The notes below the pieces were generated by a model. That model was not told the origin of the DNA. It worked only from the letters and a program-made list of their open reading frames with translations, and did no database searches. DNA of 63,587 nt, filler included, from Nemertoderma westbladi (taxonomy: Eukaryota > Animalia > Xenacoelomorpha): the NCBI GenBank assembly GCA_032718475.1. It is 4 parts of 4 records of this genome, joined end to end, with 100 filler letters (N's around TTAATTAATTAA, not from the genome) between each part and the next. Parts side by side here need not be neighbours in the genome. Positions count along the whole stretch, not along the records: positions 59,599 to 63,587 come from JAUCBJ010003855.1; 3 more parts are not named here. The stretch is one strand, 5' to 3'. This document shows positions 61,993 to 63,587 of this stretch, piece by piece. A program made the translations under genes and the position numbers. The stretch's first letter is position 1, and every line of letters begins with the position of its first letter.

Positions 61993-63587
61993 ATCTTCAA
62001 AAGTAAACCATTACACTCTGTTTCCCAAAGGATTGCCTGTTCACCACCATGGGTGATATTCCACATCAAACCCTTCCACTCTGTTTCCCAAAGGAATCCC
62101 TGTTCACCACCATGGGTGATCTTCCACAGTAAACCCTTCCAGTCTGTTTCCTAAATGAATTCCTGTTCACCACCATGGGTGATCTTCCACAGTAAACCGT
62201 TCCACTCTGTTTCCTAAAGGAATTCCTGTTCACCACCATGGGTGATCTTCCACAGTAAAGCCTTCCACTCTGTTTCCTAAAGGAATACCTGTTCACCACC
62301 ATTAGTGATATTCTACAGTAAACCGTTCCACTCTGTTTCCTAAAGAAATACCTGTTGACCACCATGGGTGATCTTCCACAGTAAACCGTTCCACTCTGCT
62401 TCCCAAAGGAATTCCTGTTCACCACCATGGGTGATCTTCCACAGTAAACCGTTCCACTCTGTTTCCTAAAGGAATGCCTGTTCACCACCATGGGTGATCT
62501 TCCACAGTAAACCGTTCAACTCTGTTTCCTAAAGGAATACCTGTTCACCACCATGGGTGATCTTCCACAGTAAACCCGTCCACTCTGTTTCCTAAAGGAA
62601 TGCCTGTTCACCACCATGGGTGATCTTCCACAGTAAAGCCTTCCACTCTGTTTCCTAAAGGAATGCATGTTCACCACCATGGGTGATCTTCCACAGTAAA
62701 GCCTTCCAATATGTTTCCTAAAGGAATGCCTATTCACCACCATGGGTGATCCTCTACAGTAAACCGTTCCACTCTGTTTCCTAAAGGAATACCTGTTCAC
62801 CACCATGGGTGATCTTACACAGTAAAGCCTTCCAATATGTTTCCTAAAGGAATGCCTGTTCGCCACCATGGGTGATCGTCAACAGTAAACCCTTCCAGTC
62901 TGTTTCCTAAAGGAATGCCTATTCACCACCATGGGTGATCCTCTACAGTAAACCGTTCCACTCTGTTTCCTAAAGGAATACCTGTTCACCACCATGGGTG
63001 ATCTTACACAGTAAAGCCTTCCACTCTGTTTGCTAAAGGAATACCTGTTCACCACCATGGGTGATCTTCCACAGTAAACCCTTCCACTCTGTTTCCTAAA
63101 GGAATGCCTGTTCACCACCATGGGTGATCTTCCACAGTAAAACCTTCCACTCTGTTTCCTAAAGGAATGCCTGTTCACCACCATGGGTGATCTTCCACAG
63201 TAAACCCTTCCACTCTGTTTCCTAAAGGAATGCCTGCTCACCACCATGGGTGATCCTCTACAGTAAACCGTTCCACTCTGTTTCCTAAAGGAATACCTGT
63301 TCACCACCATCCATGGGTGATCTTCCACAGTAAACCCGTCCACTCTGTTTCCTAAAGGAATGCCTGCTCACCACCATGGGTGATCCTCTACAGTAAACCG
63401 TTCCACTCTGTTTCCTAAAGGAATACCTGTTCACCACCATGGGTGATCTTCCACAATAAACCCTTCAACTCTGTTTCCTAAAGGAATGCCTGTTCACCAC
63501 CATGGGTGATCTTCCAAAGTAAAGCCTTCCACTCTGTTTCCTAAAGGAATGCCTGTTCACCACCATGGGTGATCTTCCAAAGTAAAG
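61993..63587. repeat. 63-bp tandem satellite, ~25 units, running off the window
   Basis: Unit cagtaaacc.ttccactctgtttcctaaaggaatgcctgttcaccaccatgggtgatcttcca. Confidence 0.97.

Noticed and set aside
61993-63587. CRISPR-like array, or a protein (MVVNRHSFRKQSG...)n
   Set aside because: Units are contiguous with no unique spacers and no cas genes; the ORFs follow from a stop-free 63-nt unit.

Overview
AT-rich eukaryotic (animal, probably marine invertebrate; taxon is inference) genomic DNA dominated by nested transposable elements, with three 100-bp assembly gaps carrying an artificial TTAATTAATTAA linker. Two host genes are supported, both on the minus strand: an intronless galactose-3-O-sulfotransferase-family gene (3329-4510) and a spliced PLAC8/cornifelin-family gene whose second coding exon (18446-18592) is absent from the ORF track. 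Retroelements: a BEL/Pao LTR family (four LTR copies, one followed by gag), a degraded RTE-X-type LINE, several RTE and CR1/L2 fragments, three Penelope-like elements, tRNA-derived SINEs, and a full-length TSD-bounded CRE-clade non-LTR element whose ORF carries an indel-free array of about 98 15-nt units. Many non-autonomous DNA transposons have identifiable TIRs and TSDs. Most interesting: the CRE coding array and CRE target sites, short TA-flanked insertions that look like transposon excision scars, a BEL leader with a conserved hairpin instead of a tRNA primer site, and a module shared between unrelated MITEs. All calls were made by eye; no searches were run.
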